DNA of 64,000 nt from Eledone cirrhosa (GCA_964016885.1 CAXHJY010001714.1:93517-157516), one strand, 5' to 3'; shown: positions 42,336-56,497, counted from the stretch's first letter. The notes: generated by a model not told the origin, from the letters alone. Translations and numbers: made by a program.

Positions 42336-45300
42336 TCTATATATCTAAAACAGAGAATGTCTGTCTGTTTGTCTGTCTGTTTCCCTAAAACTCGAGAACC
42401 ACCCATCCGATTTTTTTCAAACTTTACACATGTAATACTTATGGTCGTGTGAATGTTTTGAGCAAAAAATATTTTAAATTTTCAATAGACCGCATTAGGC
42501 GAAAAACCGTATATTTTAGGCTTTAAATGCTTTTTTGAGGCATAACGGAACAATAATCCAGGCGATTTCTTCCAAATTTGCATTACTTATGTCGTTTAAA
42601 GTGTTTTGAGCAAAAAGGATTTTCTCAATTTTTGCCCCAGGGACCGCATTAGGCGAAAAACCGATTTTTTGAAGCATTTTGAAGCATGTTGCGTTAGGGC
42701 CTGTAACTCGAGAAGTACCCAACCGAATTTTTAAAAACCTTTGCATATGCATTACTTATGTTTCAAACATTTTCTTGACTGATAGATGTAACTTTTTCCA
42801 AGTAAGAAAGTGAGGGTATTTTTGTCTACTAAATTTAGTTAAAAGATTAAAGATATTTTATTGTTTATTTAAATATTCACTTCTTTAAAAAATTTCAAAT
42901 GTCAACACTTGGACCAGAAAACAATGGGTGCGCAGAAAGGCAGGCAAACCTGTTGATGAGCATCCCGGCATAAAGTTTGACAGTTGTCTTGGAAGAGTTT
43001 ACACCGTCCACCCGAATCACCACGAATGCTTCTACCTCCGCCTGTTGCTGCATGAAGTAAGGGGACCGCAGTCTTTCCAGGACCTTCAAACAATCAACGA
43101 TTGTGTATGCGGCTCATACAGAGAAACCTGCTTCAAACATGGTCTGCTGGAAGATGGTGCACAGTAGGATGACACATTATTCGAGGCTGCTACTTCACAA
43201 TCACCTCAACATCTACAGGCTCTGTTTGCCGTATTACTTCAAACGTGCGAAATGGGTAATCCAAACTCTTTGTGGCTTAAGTATAGAGATGACCTTTCGG
43301 AAGACTACAGACATCAGGCACTATTGCAGTACCCCGATATGGAAGGCACCAGTAAAGAGGTTTACAATCGAGCACTATTTGACCTAGAGGGCAGGATTGT
43401 TTCACTTGGTGGAAATGATTTGCCCACATATGGTCTGCCCAAAACACTCCGGTCAGGATTAGACACACTTCCCACAGCTGTTCTACGGGAAACGGCTTAC
43501 GACATAGCTGCTCTTGTCCAATACGTCAATGAAATGGAACCACAACTGCTTCCAGACCAACGTAATGCTTACAACAGTATTGTTGACAACGTGCGTCGTC
43601 GATCCGGCGGCATGTTCTTCTTGGATGCACCTGGTGGTACTGGGAAAACATTTTTAACCAAAGTTCTCCTCTCAAAAGTTAGACAACACTGAGACATCAC
43701 GTTAGCTGTAGCCTCATCTAGGATTGCTGCTACTTTGCTGCCAGGTGGTAGAACAGCGCACTCCACATTTAAACTACCCTTGAATTTAGCGTCCTCTGAG
43801 ACACATTCCTGGAACAGCAGTAAGACTTCCGACCAGGGGCAAGTCCTCCGACGGTGTATTCTTATCGTATGGGATGAGTGCACTATGGCTCACAGAGGAG
43901 GCCTAGAGGCATTAGATAGAGACCTGAAGGATATCAGAGATTGTCAGGCTCCAATGGGCGGTGAAACGCTTCTGCAGTCTGGCGACTTTAGGCAGACTAT
44001 TCCTGTCATTCCTAAAGTCCTCACCGTTATGGCGACATGTTACAACTCTCACTCTTTCTACCAATATGAGAGCTCGACTTCTCGGTGACCAACTGTCTTC
44101 CCAGTTTGCTAAATATGTTTTGACACTTGGCGATGGTAGTGTGCCTGTTAACGCGGCAGGGGAAATGGAGATTTGGCCACTTTGTACTGTTGTTTCGTCT
44201 ATCGAGGAGCTCAAAGACAAAGTATTCCCAAATTTGCAAGAAAACTTCCGTAACCATAACTGGTTGTGCGATAGGGCAATATTGGCTCCAAAAAACACCG
44301 CCGTTAACAAGCTGAACAACCAGCTAACGCTGTCTCTGCCAGGGCATCGTCACATATGCAAGTCAATTGACACAATGATAGATCATAATGAGGCGGTAAA
44401 CTATCCCACCGAATTTCTGAACTCATTGGACCCTCCAGGTCTTCCTCCACACATATTACGGCTCAAGAAAGGAATTCCAATAATGCTGCTTCGGAATCTG
44501 GAGCCAGCAAAGTTATGCAACGGCGCACGACTGGTTGTAAAAAAAATTGCTGCCCCATCTTATCGAGGCTACTATTCTTTCGGGAAGTGGACAAGGGGAC
44601 GACGTATTCATTCCACGAGTTCCTCTCATTCCATCAGGAGCGGCCATTCCATTTTCCTTTCGGAGGCTTCAATTTCCAATTCGTGTAAGCTTTGCAATGT
44701 CTATCAACAAATCCCAGGGTCAGACCCTAGCTGAAGCTGGTCTTCTTTTGGAAGAGTCATGTTTTTCACACGAGCAACTATACGTTGGCTGCTCAAGAGT
44801 GGGAAGCAAGACAAATCTCTTTGCATATGCCCGGAAGAACAAGGAACATTGTGTACAAGGAGGTGCTACAATCAAAGCAACAAGGAGAAATGTACGTGCT
44901 TTCCCTTTTCTTTAACATTCGTGTTTTAATTCTATTCCCAACATATCCTAAATCGCTTCATTTTTTTTAGGTAGGCGAGGCAGAAGGAGATATACACAAT
45001 TGGCTGAAGACGGACGAGACTGTGTTAGTAGTACGACCAACGGCTGCTATCACACCAACAACAGCAAAAACAACAACAAAAAAGAGGGTGAACGCAATTA
45101 CATGCTTTTGAAAAATCGTAATGGAAAATTATTTGCGACTTCACTTTTTATTAGGACTTCTGCATCAATTGGTGAACATACAACGAAACATTGAAAGGAG
45201 TAAGACCACACCACTCTCCACCACTGCAGTCCCACATGCTTACTGCTCTGTAACTATTGCTTTCATTGTACCATAGCACAACAAATACATGTTCGGTTTG

Positions 45301-45537
45301 TCGAATGCCTTTTTACTTAACCCTATCGTCTTGGCTTTCGTGGGTTGACCACTTTACTCTCAGGCACCCAATTAAGTTAAACCCCTGGTAATCTACGACG
45401 AATATTTTTATAAGCACAACACGTAGACACCACCCCCAAGCCGAAGTATTCCTACTTCTCTGTACTGTTTCAGAAAGGAGGGATAAACATGCCAATCTAT
45501 GTTTAGAATCGCGAACAACGCCGGGCCATTCTGCTAG
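42336..45537 (+). mobile_element. Helitron with decayed helicase region
   Basis: A|TCTATA start, terminal hairpin plus CTAG|T, RepHel fragments on the same strand. Confidence 0.9.
42900..44870 (+). pseudogene. Helitron RepHel C-terminal / Pif1 helicase, frameshifted
   Basis: GRVYTVHP..FYLRLLL, DAPGGTGKTF, WDECTM, GDFRQ, RAILAPKN, LRNL..LCNG, QFPIRVSFAMSINKSQGQ and QLYVGCSRV motifs. Confidence 0.92.
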
Positions 45538-46339
45538 TACTTATTAAAACATTGGTCTCATTTACACGGAAAATGCACATTTAATTAGTTCACTTACAGC
45601 TGTCAGATAGCTATGGGTTATTGAGCTTCATTTGTTGTTAACAAATTGCTTGCTTTAAACACGGCGGCAGAGACAAAAACTGCCACTGCCGAAATATTCA
45701 CCCCAGCACTGATACAATCTAGATTTTCCTGACATATTTGAAAATGAAGCTAAATACAATGCTAAAGACGAATAATATTCTTTTATTCTTTTACCGGTTT
45801 CAGTCATTAGACAGCGGCCAAGCCTTAAAAGGATTTGTAGTAGATCATATCGACCCCAGTATTTATTTTTTTCAAGCCAAGTACTTATTTTATCAATCTC
45901 TTTTTGTCGAACCGCTATGTGCGCGCTTGTGTCTATGTGTGGGTGCGTGTGTTTTTATGTCTGTGTTTATGCTCCTTAACTAAGCGGTTCGAAAAAAGAG
46001 GTCACTAAAATAAGTACTGGAGTCGATATGATCTACTAAAATTCTAAATATGATAGAAAGAATGTGACTACCGTCTGTATACCGTATAACCGCACAAAAT
46101 CATTATATATACAACGGACTTCTGCGGTTTCGGACAACAAAATTCCGCTCATATGTTATAAGGCACTTGTTTAAGGTGCGCATAGAGTCTGAACCTGAAA
46201 GCACATCATTGCGAAGTGGAAACTTAACTACACAGCTTGTTTGTTGATACTTTTGTGTACGGCCTATCGCAGTATCTGTAGCTTACATTGTATAATAACT
46301 TTCCCTGTCAACTGGGTTAGGGTTAATCTACGTATTTTA

Positions 46340-46722
46340 AGTAGACCGTACGCTGAGCTGTAAATGGTTAGGTAGACCACACGCTGAGCTGTAAATGACC
46401 TGCTAGATCACACACTGAACTACAAAAGACCAGGTTGACCACACGCTGAGCTGTAAATGGCAAGGTAGATCACACGCTGAGCTGTAAATGACCAGGTAGA
46501 TCACACACACTGAGCTGTAAACGGGCAGGTAGACCACATACTAGCTGTAAATGGCCAGGTAGATCACATGCTGAGCTGTAAATGGCCAGGTAGATCACAT
46601 GCTGAGCTGTAAATGGCCAGGTAGATCACATGCTGAGCTGTAAATGGCCAGGTAGATCACACGCTGAGCTGTAAATGGTCAGGTAGATCACACACTGAGC
46701 TGTAAATGACCAGGTAGACTGC
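46340..46722. repeat. 30-bp minisatellite
   Basis: About 12 units of gctgagctgtaaatggccaggtagatcaca; remnants at 47150-47300. Confidence 0.9.
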
Positions 46723-47593
46723 ACCAGTGCCGGATTAGGTTGACGCAGGGCCTGTAACACACTACAGCGTGGCCCTAATTTGTTTTCTTTTTAATGTGAC
46801 ATAAAGGTTAAATAGAGGAACGATCGACTTTCGTCAAATCGGACCGAGGGAACAATGTTTCCGTTGGTCTTTCCAATTGCTAATACTATCTATCGGTCGC
46901 AGCTCCAGGTAGAAGGAGCAACGTGAAATAAAGTGTCTTGCTCAAGGACATAACGCATCGCCTGGTCCAGGAATCGAACTCACAACCTTACGATTGCGAA
47001 TCCAATTCTCTAACCACTCAGCCACACGCCTTCACTAAAGGTTAAAAGGAATATAATACTATAGTATAAAACACTTAATGCGGCACCTCTTGAAGATGCT
47101 GTGCCTGAAGCAATTGTTACTCTTATCACGAGATTAATTCAGTGCGAAACTAGACTATAAATGGCCAGGTAGACTGCAGGTTGAATTTTATATGATCACG
47201 TAGGTCGCTCCAGTGTCACAGTGGGTTATTGCAGGGTCCATAGTAATGGTATTCCCGCCACTGTGTTAATTTAACACTGAACCACACGCTGAACTGTAAA
47301 TAATACCATTTGTTTATCGAGTATTTACTAAAAGCAAGTAGAATGTATGAGTCAATTCATCCATGCGGAAAGTATTACACACAACTTGTGAATCACTATC
47401 TTGTGATTCCAACCAGTGATAAATTATTATAACTATATTAGTAGACCAGTGTCGTCAATAATGACGTATGTTTCCAGTATTGGATAGGCATGTCATATGT
47501 ACCAGAATTACCGGATAAATGAACAGTCATACAAACCGGGTGATGTGGATTTAAAAAAAGCTTGTAATTTATGTCGATTACTGATACGTGGAA

Positions 47594-47641
47594 AGATAAG
47601 AATTAAATTTTAATAATTTGTTTCTAGGATCTAAATGTTTA

Positions 47642-47731
<90 letters not shown>

Positions 47732-47779
47732 TAAACATTTACATCCTAGAAATAAATTATTAAAATTTAATTCTTATCT
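47594..47779. repeat. Inverted repeat (~50-bp arms) enclosing (TA)n
   Basis: agataagaattaaa...tgtttag (TA)n ctaaaca...ttcttatct. Confidence 0.85.
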
Positions 47780-47946
47780 CTCTCTCTCTATATATAATTC
47801 TTATATATATATATATAGTAATAATAAATGTGAAGACTAAAATCTGAAGAGGGCTCGATAGGGATTGTATATATATAATATATATATAAGCCCGTAGAGC
47901 AAGGGAGAAAGCAGTGCTTCTTTGCTTAAACTTTTATCTGTTCTTA

Positions 47947-48861
47947 TCTATATATATAAAACTGTGGTTGTCTGTCTGTCTATCGATTTTTGGCACACAT
48001 CTCCTCTTAGAATCTCTCACGGAATTGCACCGAAATTGCTATACTTGTACATTGAGCCCTAGCGAAGACATCGGAAAAAAAAATATTTCAAATTGACCCA
48101 CCCTATGTGACGAAATCGAATATAATGTATCGAATTTTGAGCGTAAGTGATCAGTTATTTCCCTTTGTTCTGTTTACATTGAGCGTCTTACGTAAAAAAT
48201 TACGCTGGCTTTAACAGTTGTCGAGCCAGCAAAATATTGACCTGCAAAATTCATCAGTTCGAACACTAAGCTTCCGTTTTGCTTCATTTCCATTTAAAAG
48301 CATTTTAAAACAATATTTTTACTTGAAAACAAGTCTATTTAAAGACTACGTAAAACAAGCAAATATTTCGTCGTTAGGCGTTAAGACAGATAGTCGTGCA
48401 GACAGACAGTCGTGCAGAGAGGTGATATAGGCGTGCAGACAGACAGTCGTGCAGAGAGGTGATATAGGCGTGCAGACAGACAGTCGTGCAGAGAGGTGAT
48501 ATAGGCGTGCAGACAGATAGTCGTGCAGAGAGGTGATATAGGCGTGCAGACAGACATAACTGATAATTTGGTTACGCTAATGTTTTTCTCTGCGTTGCAG
48601 TGTTTACATTTTCGATCTTTGTTAATAAATAACCAGTGCAGTTTCTATCCCCAGCATCCTCTTTTGTTATAACATTCGGGTTATCGTTATGTTTTCTTAA
48701 CTTCATAAGGCATATTGTTGGTTGAGGGAATATTAATCAAAAACACCACATGCAAGTCTGCACAGTAGACACTACAGTTTTTAAGCCAAGAAAGAAACTT
48801 AACATTGTAACTTTAACACAGCTACTGAGCGACCCCGAGCAACGCCGGGCTTTACTGCTAG
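47947..48861 (+). mobile_element. Non-autonomous Helitron with an internal ~37-bp tandem repeat
   Basis: A|TCTATA start, cccgagcaacgccggg hairpin, CTAG|T end; repeat at 48392-48556. Confidence 0.85.
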
Positions 48862-48864
48862 TAA

Positions 48865-48898
<34 letters not shown>

Positions 48899-49075
48899 CA
48901 ATTCGGGACCTCGACGGCTGAGCTCCTGCCGTTTCAACAGCTAGAGTTCGGATTACCTGTTGAAACGGCAGGAGCTCAGCCGTCGGGGTCCCGAATTTTT
49001 CATATTACCCACTCTACTACCCAAATATCGAGTACTCTGGTAAGTAATGGTCTAACTGGCTTTTACTGCATCCAA

Positions 49076-49130
<55 letters not shown>

Positions 49131-49133
<3 letters not shown>

Positions 49134-49634
49134 TTTCTGAATTTGTTTAGCAAGATTCTTTATCTGAAAACGTGTGTTGAAACCGATATTGTTTTGCTTT
49201 GGGAGGGTCATGTTGCCAATAAGAAACACACGCACCAGTTGCTTTCACTCCAATTTATTATAAATTAAATTTATAAATTTAAGAATTTATAAATTTCCGG
49301 TTGGTTGGTTCCACAACCGGACGGTTGTTCATATATTGTCAAAGTTCTTTCGTCACACATTCGTCACACATTGTGTGTGTTGTCAACACACACAAAAACA
49401 AGATGGCGCAGGACAGAACAAAGGAGAGGCACAAAAACAAAGAAAAGAATCCCCAGTCACTGAAGTGGTCACAGAATGTGTGACGAAAGAACTTTGACAA
49501 TATATGAACAACCGTCCGGTTGTGGAACCAACCAACCAACCAGAAATTTATAAATTTAATTTATAATAAATTGGAGTGAAAGCAACTGGTGCGTGTGTTT
49601 CTTATTGGCAACATGACCCTCCCAAAGCATAACA

Positions 49635-49637
<3 letters not shown>
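49131..49637. mobile_element. Fold-back non-autonomous PLE pseudo-LTR element (type B) with HHR remnant
   Basis: Arms ~49186-49360 and ~49475-49637; gtca-CTGAAGT-g-gtcaca(gaatg)tgtgac-GAAAG-aa-CTT-tgac at 49456-49498; flanked by TA. Confidence 0.75.
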
Positions 49638-49702
<65 letters not shown>

Positions 49703-49884
49703 TTGGGGAGGGTCATATTGTTGTAATAATATTGCCAGAAATAATAATAGAACACACTCACTGTTTGGTTGGTTTTCGCTTCTGCATCTTTTATATCTCC
49801 ATAGTTAATTTATTTGGCAGCCAATGTTTATCACTGACTGACCATCGGTTAAAAATACAGATATAAATATATATATATAGTCTA

Positions 49885-49926
49885 ACAAAGTTCTTTCGTT
49901 GCACATCTGCAACATCATCAATGATG
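49885..49926 (-). ncRNA. Degenerate HHR in PLE 3' pseudo-LTR
   Basis: ca-TTGATGA-t-gttgca(gatg)tgcaac-GAAAG-aa-CTT-tg. Confidence 0.6.
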
Positions 49927-50184
49927 CTATTATCATATTCCCTCCTATTGTGTTGTAGTGTTCACGCCATTTTTATTTAATTTATTTATTTTTGTCTCCA
50001 TCTCTGCGCATGCGTTTGCGTGTGTGTATAATGTTTGGTGTGTGTGTATGTGTTTTGGTTTTTGTATTCTATCTTTGTTTACTATGTGTTTGTTGTTATT
50101 GTACTTGTGTATATATTTATTTATTTATTTATATTACTCTTAAGTCAGTATTGTTTCTTTGGGTATGGTTGTTGTTATTGTTAT

Positions 50185-52024
50185 TCCATTCGTTTTTTCT
50201 GTTTAACTTTGGTTTTCTAAGCTTTATTTTGCCTACCTGTTGGGTCATTGTTTTGCCTACCTGTAGAGTCATTTCTATGTTTAGATATTATTTTAATTTC
50301 TATGTTGTCTATATTACTGACATGTCTTTGTCTGGCGTGTTCGTATAGTACTGAACCGTTTTTTTTTTTTTGTCCTTTTAATTCCCCCAATGTTGGTCTA
50401 TTCTTTCTCCTATGCTTCGAGCTGTCTCACCTATGTATGTCATTATCATGTTTCTGCAAGTACCCTCTGTACATCTTATGCTATAGACTACATTTCTAGT
50501 TTTACAGTTTATCTGAGGGTTCACTTTACATATAACACATTTCTTATTAGTGCAGTGGGTTTTCTTAAAGGGGTATGTTATGCTGATCAGAGATTTTATG
50601 GTAGGTCATGGCTTTTCTACCACTTTAATCTTTAAGTGGGTCTTTCTTAGGGCCTTTTTACATTGGTTAGCTAATTTACCCCCATGGGGTATCATCCACG
50701 AACATGACACTCTGGTATCTTTGGTTGTCGTACCATGAGGTGGCTTTCCCTATCTTATGTTTAGCCCTATCTAAGCTATTCCATGATTTTCTCCTGTATA
50801 ATGGGCAAATTCCTTTAATATCCATTTCTATGAGGGTCTTATACTTCTCCGTGGCTCCTTTGTATACTCTGATTCTGTCTCTTTGGTTGTAGACAGAGAA
50901 CCGCATGCGGTTGATGAAGTGTTGGATGTGTCTTTCCATTTCAGATGGGTCGCACATGCGGGACACGTTCTTCATCACCCGTACCAAGTCTGCGATCAGA
51001 ATATTGAACTTAGCACTATTGGACATTGCTGAGCTTTTGAGTATCAGGTATTTGGAGGCCATGGGTTTAGCATAGTGTGAGTGGAAAATTTGGGCCCTCT
51101 CGTCTATAGTGTTAGTCCAGAGTTCCGTGTCTAATACAGGTAGTCTATTGTTAGGGTGTTTGGAAGGGTTACAGTTACAGTTATACTCTGGTGTATGGAG
51201 TTAGCTATCTGCTGGATGCTTTCCATTGTGCTATATTCTAAATCATGTTCATGAGTACTCTCTTGTGGGGGTGTTCTTATTACTATATTAATATCGTCTA
51301 CATAACGAGAGTACATGACGAGGTCTATGGAGCTCTCTTCAAGGAGATTTTGAGTCTCCTTTCCCATCATACCATAAATAGATTGGCAATATCACCAGCT
51401 ATGCTGACGCCAATGGCTGCTTCCTCATTCTGGATGTAGATCTTTTCATTGAATTTAAACATATGGCTCTTTAGGGCAGTTTTGATACTAGCCCCTATTG
51501 CATACGCGACCATTTTTCTCACCTGATCATTGTTTTTGGGTGTCCGTATGGCTTTGGTCCATCCATTCCATCTTCCCATGGGAGTCTTTTTAGCCATTGA
51601 GGTTATGTTGGGGGGTCTACTTCTTATGGGTCTACTGGAGCAGAAACAGCTAAAGTCATGGTTATCTAGGTACTCGGTGTCATAAGTAAGTCTAAGTAGG
51701 AGGGCCAGTTCATCTGTATCGACGTCACAGAACTCCACCTCACTCTTACTGATTATTTCCACACATTTTTTCCACAGCAAAATCAATGTTAATGGATGGG
51801 AACAGTGATACTACATCTATACTGCCTATTATGCAGTTAGATAAGCTTTTGTTTTTGTTGCACTCATTGATTCTGCTGAGGAGGTCCTCTGTACTGTCAC
51901 ATACATCTGGGGACATCTTAATTATGGGGCGTATAACCATCGAGAGGAAGTAGGAGATCCTATAGTTGCTAGCAATATTGGCCCCGCATACAGGTCTTGT
52001 TGGTGGTTCTGTCGTGCCATCCAT
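50185..52024 (-). pseudogene. PLE RT/GIY-YIG ORF broken by frameshifts (Neptune-like Cys linker)
   Basis: ORFs 51746-52024, 51367-51786, 51131-51370 and 50676-51062 plus hand-translated endonuclease. Confidence 0.85.
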
Positions 52025-52250
52025 CCTTCTACCTACCTACCTACCTATCTATCAACCCACCCACCAACATACCCGATTTCCCACCCCCACTCCCCACCTA
52101 TATATATATGAAACAGTTCTAGACCTGCAGAAGCCATTTCTATATTAAATATTTATACTCTGCTATGTATTGAGTACCTTACTTACTGTGGTTACCCCCG
52201 ATTGAACCCGGGGTAAACTTATAAATATATATGCGTGTGTGTGTGTATAT

Positions 52251-52293
<43 letters not shown>

Positions 52294-52727
52294 TCATCAT
52301 CATCATCATCATCGTTTTACGTCCGTTCTTCCACGCTAGCATGGGTTAGACGGGTTGTCCTGTTGTGGGCAGTGTCTGGTCGGCTGACCATGCCTTGCTC
52401 ATACAGGAACTGATCTGGCTTGATTTCTACAGCTGGATGCCCTTCCTAACACCAACCTCATTTACAGTGAGTGCTGGGTGCTTTTTCGTGGCGCCTACAC
52501 ATATATATATACACATATATATATACACACGCACACAAATGACATATATGATTAAATGAGTAACTTTGGAAAAATAACTAAATACATTGACAAATGTAGC
52601 ATTAGAACCCAGGACCTTGTGAGTGGATGGCGAACTTCTTAATGCTGTAATGTTTGTATGTAAATTGTAAAGAGTTTCAGACGGAGATCTATAGGTAAAT
52701 ATTCAAATATTATTATAGTTGATCATT

Positions 52728-53152
52728 ATTGGGAGTATCGGTAAGGGTCAGACACCATGCCTTACAGCATAGAATTATGGTCCTTTATGGTCTGAGTTCA
52801 AATCCCGCCGAAGTTAACTTTGCCTTTCATCCTTACGGGGTCGATAAAATAAAGTACCAGTAATACACTGGGATAATTGCTGGCCTTGTGCCAAAAGTAG
52901 AAACAATTATATGTTTTAGGAAACAATTGTTTCTACTTTTAGCACAAGGCCAGCAATTACTCCAGTGCATTACTGGTACTTTATTTTATCGACCCCGTAA
53001 GGATGAAAGGCAAAGTTTAACCTGTTTTAGGAAATAATTGTTTCTACTTTTGGCACAAGGCCAGCAATTACCAGTGCATTACTGATACTTTATTTATCGA
53101 CCCCGTAAGGATGAAAGGCAAAGTTAACCTCGACGGGATTTGAACTCAGACG
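52728..53152. mobile_element. SINE cluster: one + copy followed by two partial - copies
   Basis: Family core in both orientations, tail to tail. Confidence 0.85.
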
Positions 53153-53418
53153 TAATAATACAGCAAATTTAATTATATATAAACCAGAAATGTGCATCAA
53201 TAAACTGTATTATATTATTCCTTTTTCTCCTTATTCTCCTACTTGTTTCAGTCATTAGACTGCGGTCATACTGGAACAACAATTTGATAGGATTTTAATC
53301 GATCATATCGACACCAGTACTTTTTTTTTCAAGTCTGGTACTTATTTTCTCGATCTCTTTTTGTCGGACTGTTATATTATGGGATACAAACAGTAAATAT
53401 AAATAGGCACACGCGCAC

Positions 53419-53453
<35 letters not shown>

Positions 53454-55903
53454 CGAGGTCAACTTTGCCTTTCATCCTTACGGGGTCGATAAAATAAAGT
53501 ACCAGTAATGCATTGGGTAATTGCTGGCCTTGTGCCAAAAGTATTATATACAGCGGCTTCTACAGTTTCAGTTTACCAAATTTCACAAGGCATTGATCAA
53601 CCCGAGGCTATAGTAGAAGATACTCTGTGGTTGTCAAGCGAATTCTTTAACCACACAGCCTATTTTTATTTTATGAGTACTATGTATTTATCAATACTTA
53701 GGATAGTTTCATTGAACCTCTAGGGGAGGGGGGTTCGGTATCAACTACTTCGGAGGACCTTCAGATTAAAACGGAGATTTGAGCGCTATTCTTAGCTAGT
53801 CGAGTAACCACGTAGAAATTCCCTTACTTGGTTGAAAAAAAAAAGAGAAAGATTGTTGCCCCGATCGAGCTGACATATGATAAAAAGCATTTCAAGTCAT
53901 GATCACCCCATTATTTATTTATTCATTTATTTATTTATTTTTCGGGTATCGTGTATCCTGACTACATTTTCCATTGTCTTTCCCCCATCCCTAAAGATGG
54001 TAGTATTATTTGTGGGCGAGTTTACTACCTGCTATTTCCAGCAGGTCGAATTTATCGACTACATAGAAATCTATCCCTTATTGGTTCGAAAATAGGAAGT
54101 TGTCCTATATGGAAACTAGGTTGGAAAGCTATCAACATTTTATTATCGACTCACTTTTTTTTTCATACAATCTGGACTTTATATGTACCTAGCAAATACC
54201 TGTTAAATCTACTGCTACTGTTGCTCTCTAAGCTGCTACTGCTACTGTTATCCCCTTTACTTTTAATCCCACCTTTCTTTTGTCGTCTCAAGTTGACAAT
54301 GAACTCTTTCAGATAATTCCCCCATCATTATCCCAGAAGATAATAAGTCACTGACTCTTGAATGCAGAATTTTTTTCTTTAATTTTCATTGAATGAATTA
54401 TTAAAAGACAAACTGAGAAAATTCGGTTGATTTTGTTATTTGTTTTAAACATTTTTTTTTCATTTATTTAAAGAAAGAATGTGTTGAACTTGCTAAGGTA
54501 TTTGAGTAACGACGATAGGTGTACTATTTCTTTTCATTGACAGAGGTTTGAGTGTGTGTCTATGTGTTTGCGTGTGTATTTATGTGTATGTTAGTATGTG
54601 TGCATGCGCGTGCCGGTATGTGTGTGTGTGCACTTGTGTGTGTGTAATTGCCTAAACTACACGCACCAGTGTGTGTCTGTATGCATGTGTGCGTGTGAAG
54701 TACATACCTTGCATATCTGGATGTACACGAGAAAAAGTGTGAATGTGTGCATGTATGTGTGTGTAAGTGTATATACTGTATATATTTGCGTGTGTGTGTG
54801 TAAGTATATGTACCTATGTATATGTCGTGGATATGCTTGTGCATGAAAGTATGTAAGTGAAAATGTGTGTGTGCGTGAACGTACGTATTTATATGCGTAC
54901 CTGTGTATATGTGTGTCGATCGTAAATGAGAAAGTGTACGTGAGTGTAAATGTATGTGTGGATATAAGTATGTATAAGCGTATGTATCAGTGTGCATGTA
55001 CGTGTGTATGTGTGTTTGTGTATCTGTAAATGTATGTACAGGTGTATATGCCGGTGAAACAAAAAGTGTGTGTGAGTGTATGTGTGAGAGCACGTGTATG
55101 TATGCGTATGCTCATGTATGAAAAAAAATGTGTGCATGTATGTATGTATGTGTGTGTGTGTGTGATGGCGCACGCGTACGCTGACACAGCATGAGAGCTG
55201 AGTAGGTTACAAGCTGCCACTAACGTCGAGCAGACAACTCGTTGGTCTGAACAACAACAAAAATAAAAAGTTGAATGAAATAACGGGTGGATGAAGTGAC
55301 CTATGCAGACGAGAGAGCAGAGAGGGCTAACTAAACACATATTTGGGGCTTTACATTCACATTATTAAGGAGATATTCGGAATACACCTTTTTAATACAG
55401 GTGTATATTCAAGATTCACAGTACTTAGTAACAATTGTGTAGGATATATATAGATATACTATTATTTATATATAACTATTATTTACTTCTTCGGAAGATC
55501 GTCAACAAAATATCAGGCAAGTAGATTTTGTGTAGTATTTTCTTTTAAATTTTCTGAATTATATTTAGACATTATTGAATCAATAAGGTTTGTTTGATAT
55601 CTCAATATATATTTATTTCAGGTGTAATCAATAAATTGCTAAAATCAAGTGATATATATCAACTCGATACAAAAAATATATTTTTTAAAGAAATATTTTC
55701 ATTTTAAGTAAACCTGAAAAAGAATATATGTATTTAATCAAATATATACATACATCATACATATTTGTCTTTATACGTATAACCCGTACTTAACACATAT
55801 ATGTGCACGTGGTCATACACATACACTGCACAAGTTTCAGTTGTTTAGGAGTATGTGTATATATATGTGTGTGTGAGTGTGTATATATACATATATGTGT
55901 GTA

Positions 55904-55945
<42 letters not shown>

Positions 55946-55989
55946 TTCAAAATATTAACAAATGTAGACATTCACGTAATCAAAATATA

Positions 55990-56051
55990 TTTTATTATAT
56001 ATATTTCGGAAGTACTGTGCTGTTATTTCAGTACGTCCTCATCAGATAAAA
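55990..56051 (-). ncRNA. Intact type I hammerhead ribozyme
   Basis: ttttat-CTGATGA-gga.gtactg(loop)cagtac.tcc-GAAA-tatata-TA-ataaaa, inside a ~270-bp island between TA tracts. Confidence 0.8.
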
Positions 56052-56208
56052 TATATAAGTTGATGTATGACATACCTCAACTGTGCTGATGGTTCAATTC
56101 CAGTCTTGGCAGTAATATTAATAACTCCAGAAAATTTCTTTGTTGAGTGCTTCTAATCTATTGTAAAACTTTCTTCAGTGATTAATCAATGAGCATTGTT
56201 TAACCTTT

Positions 56209-56254
<46 letters not shown>

Positions 56255-56376
56255 TCTGTCTTAAGTCACAGGGCTCATTTGGCCGGTGCTGATCCCGGTT
56301 TCATGGCTTGAAGCGACTGAGAGTACAAGACCCCCCCCCCCCCCCTGGACAGAACCCCAGTCCATCGCAATATATA

Positions 56377-56497
<121 letters not shown>

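Larger units (their letters stand above)
49700..52025 (-). mobile_element. 5'-truncated Penelope-like retroelement (RT plus GIY-YIG endonuclease)
   Basis: RPVCGA, GSIDVVSLFPSI and YSRYVDD RT motifs; Cys linker CTNKKCVIC; NVVYSIRC..YIGETARS endonuclease motif (~50400-50500); HHR in the 3' pseudo-LTR. Confidence 0.9.

Noticed and set aside
47455-47600. Minus-strand GAAAC-atac-GTC hammerhead half
   Set aside because: No CUGANGA box or convincing stem I found upstream
47818-47900. CTGAAGA-gggct...agccc motif, related to 972-1020
   Set aside because: Followed by GTAG rather than GAAA and lacks stem III; at best a relic
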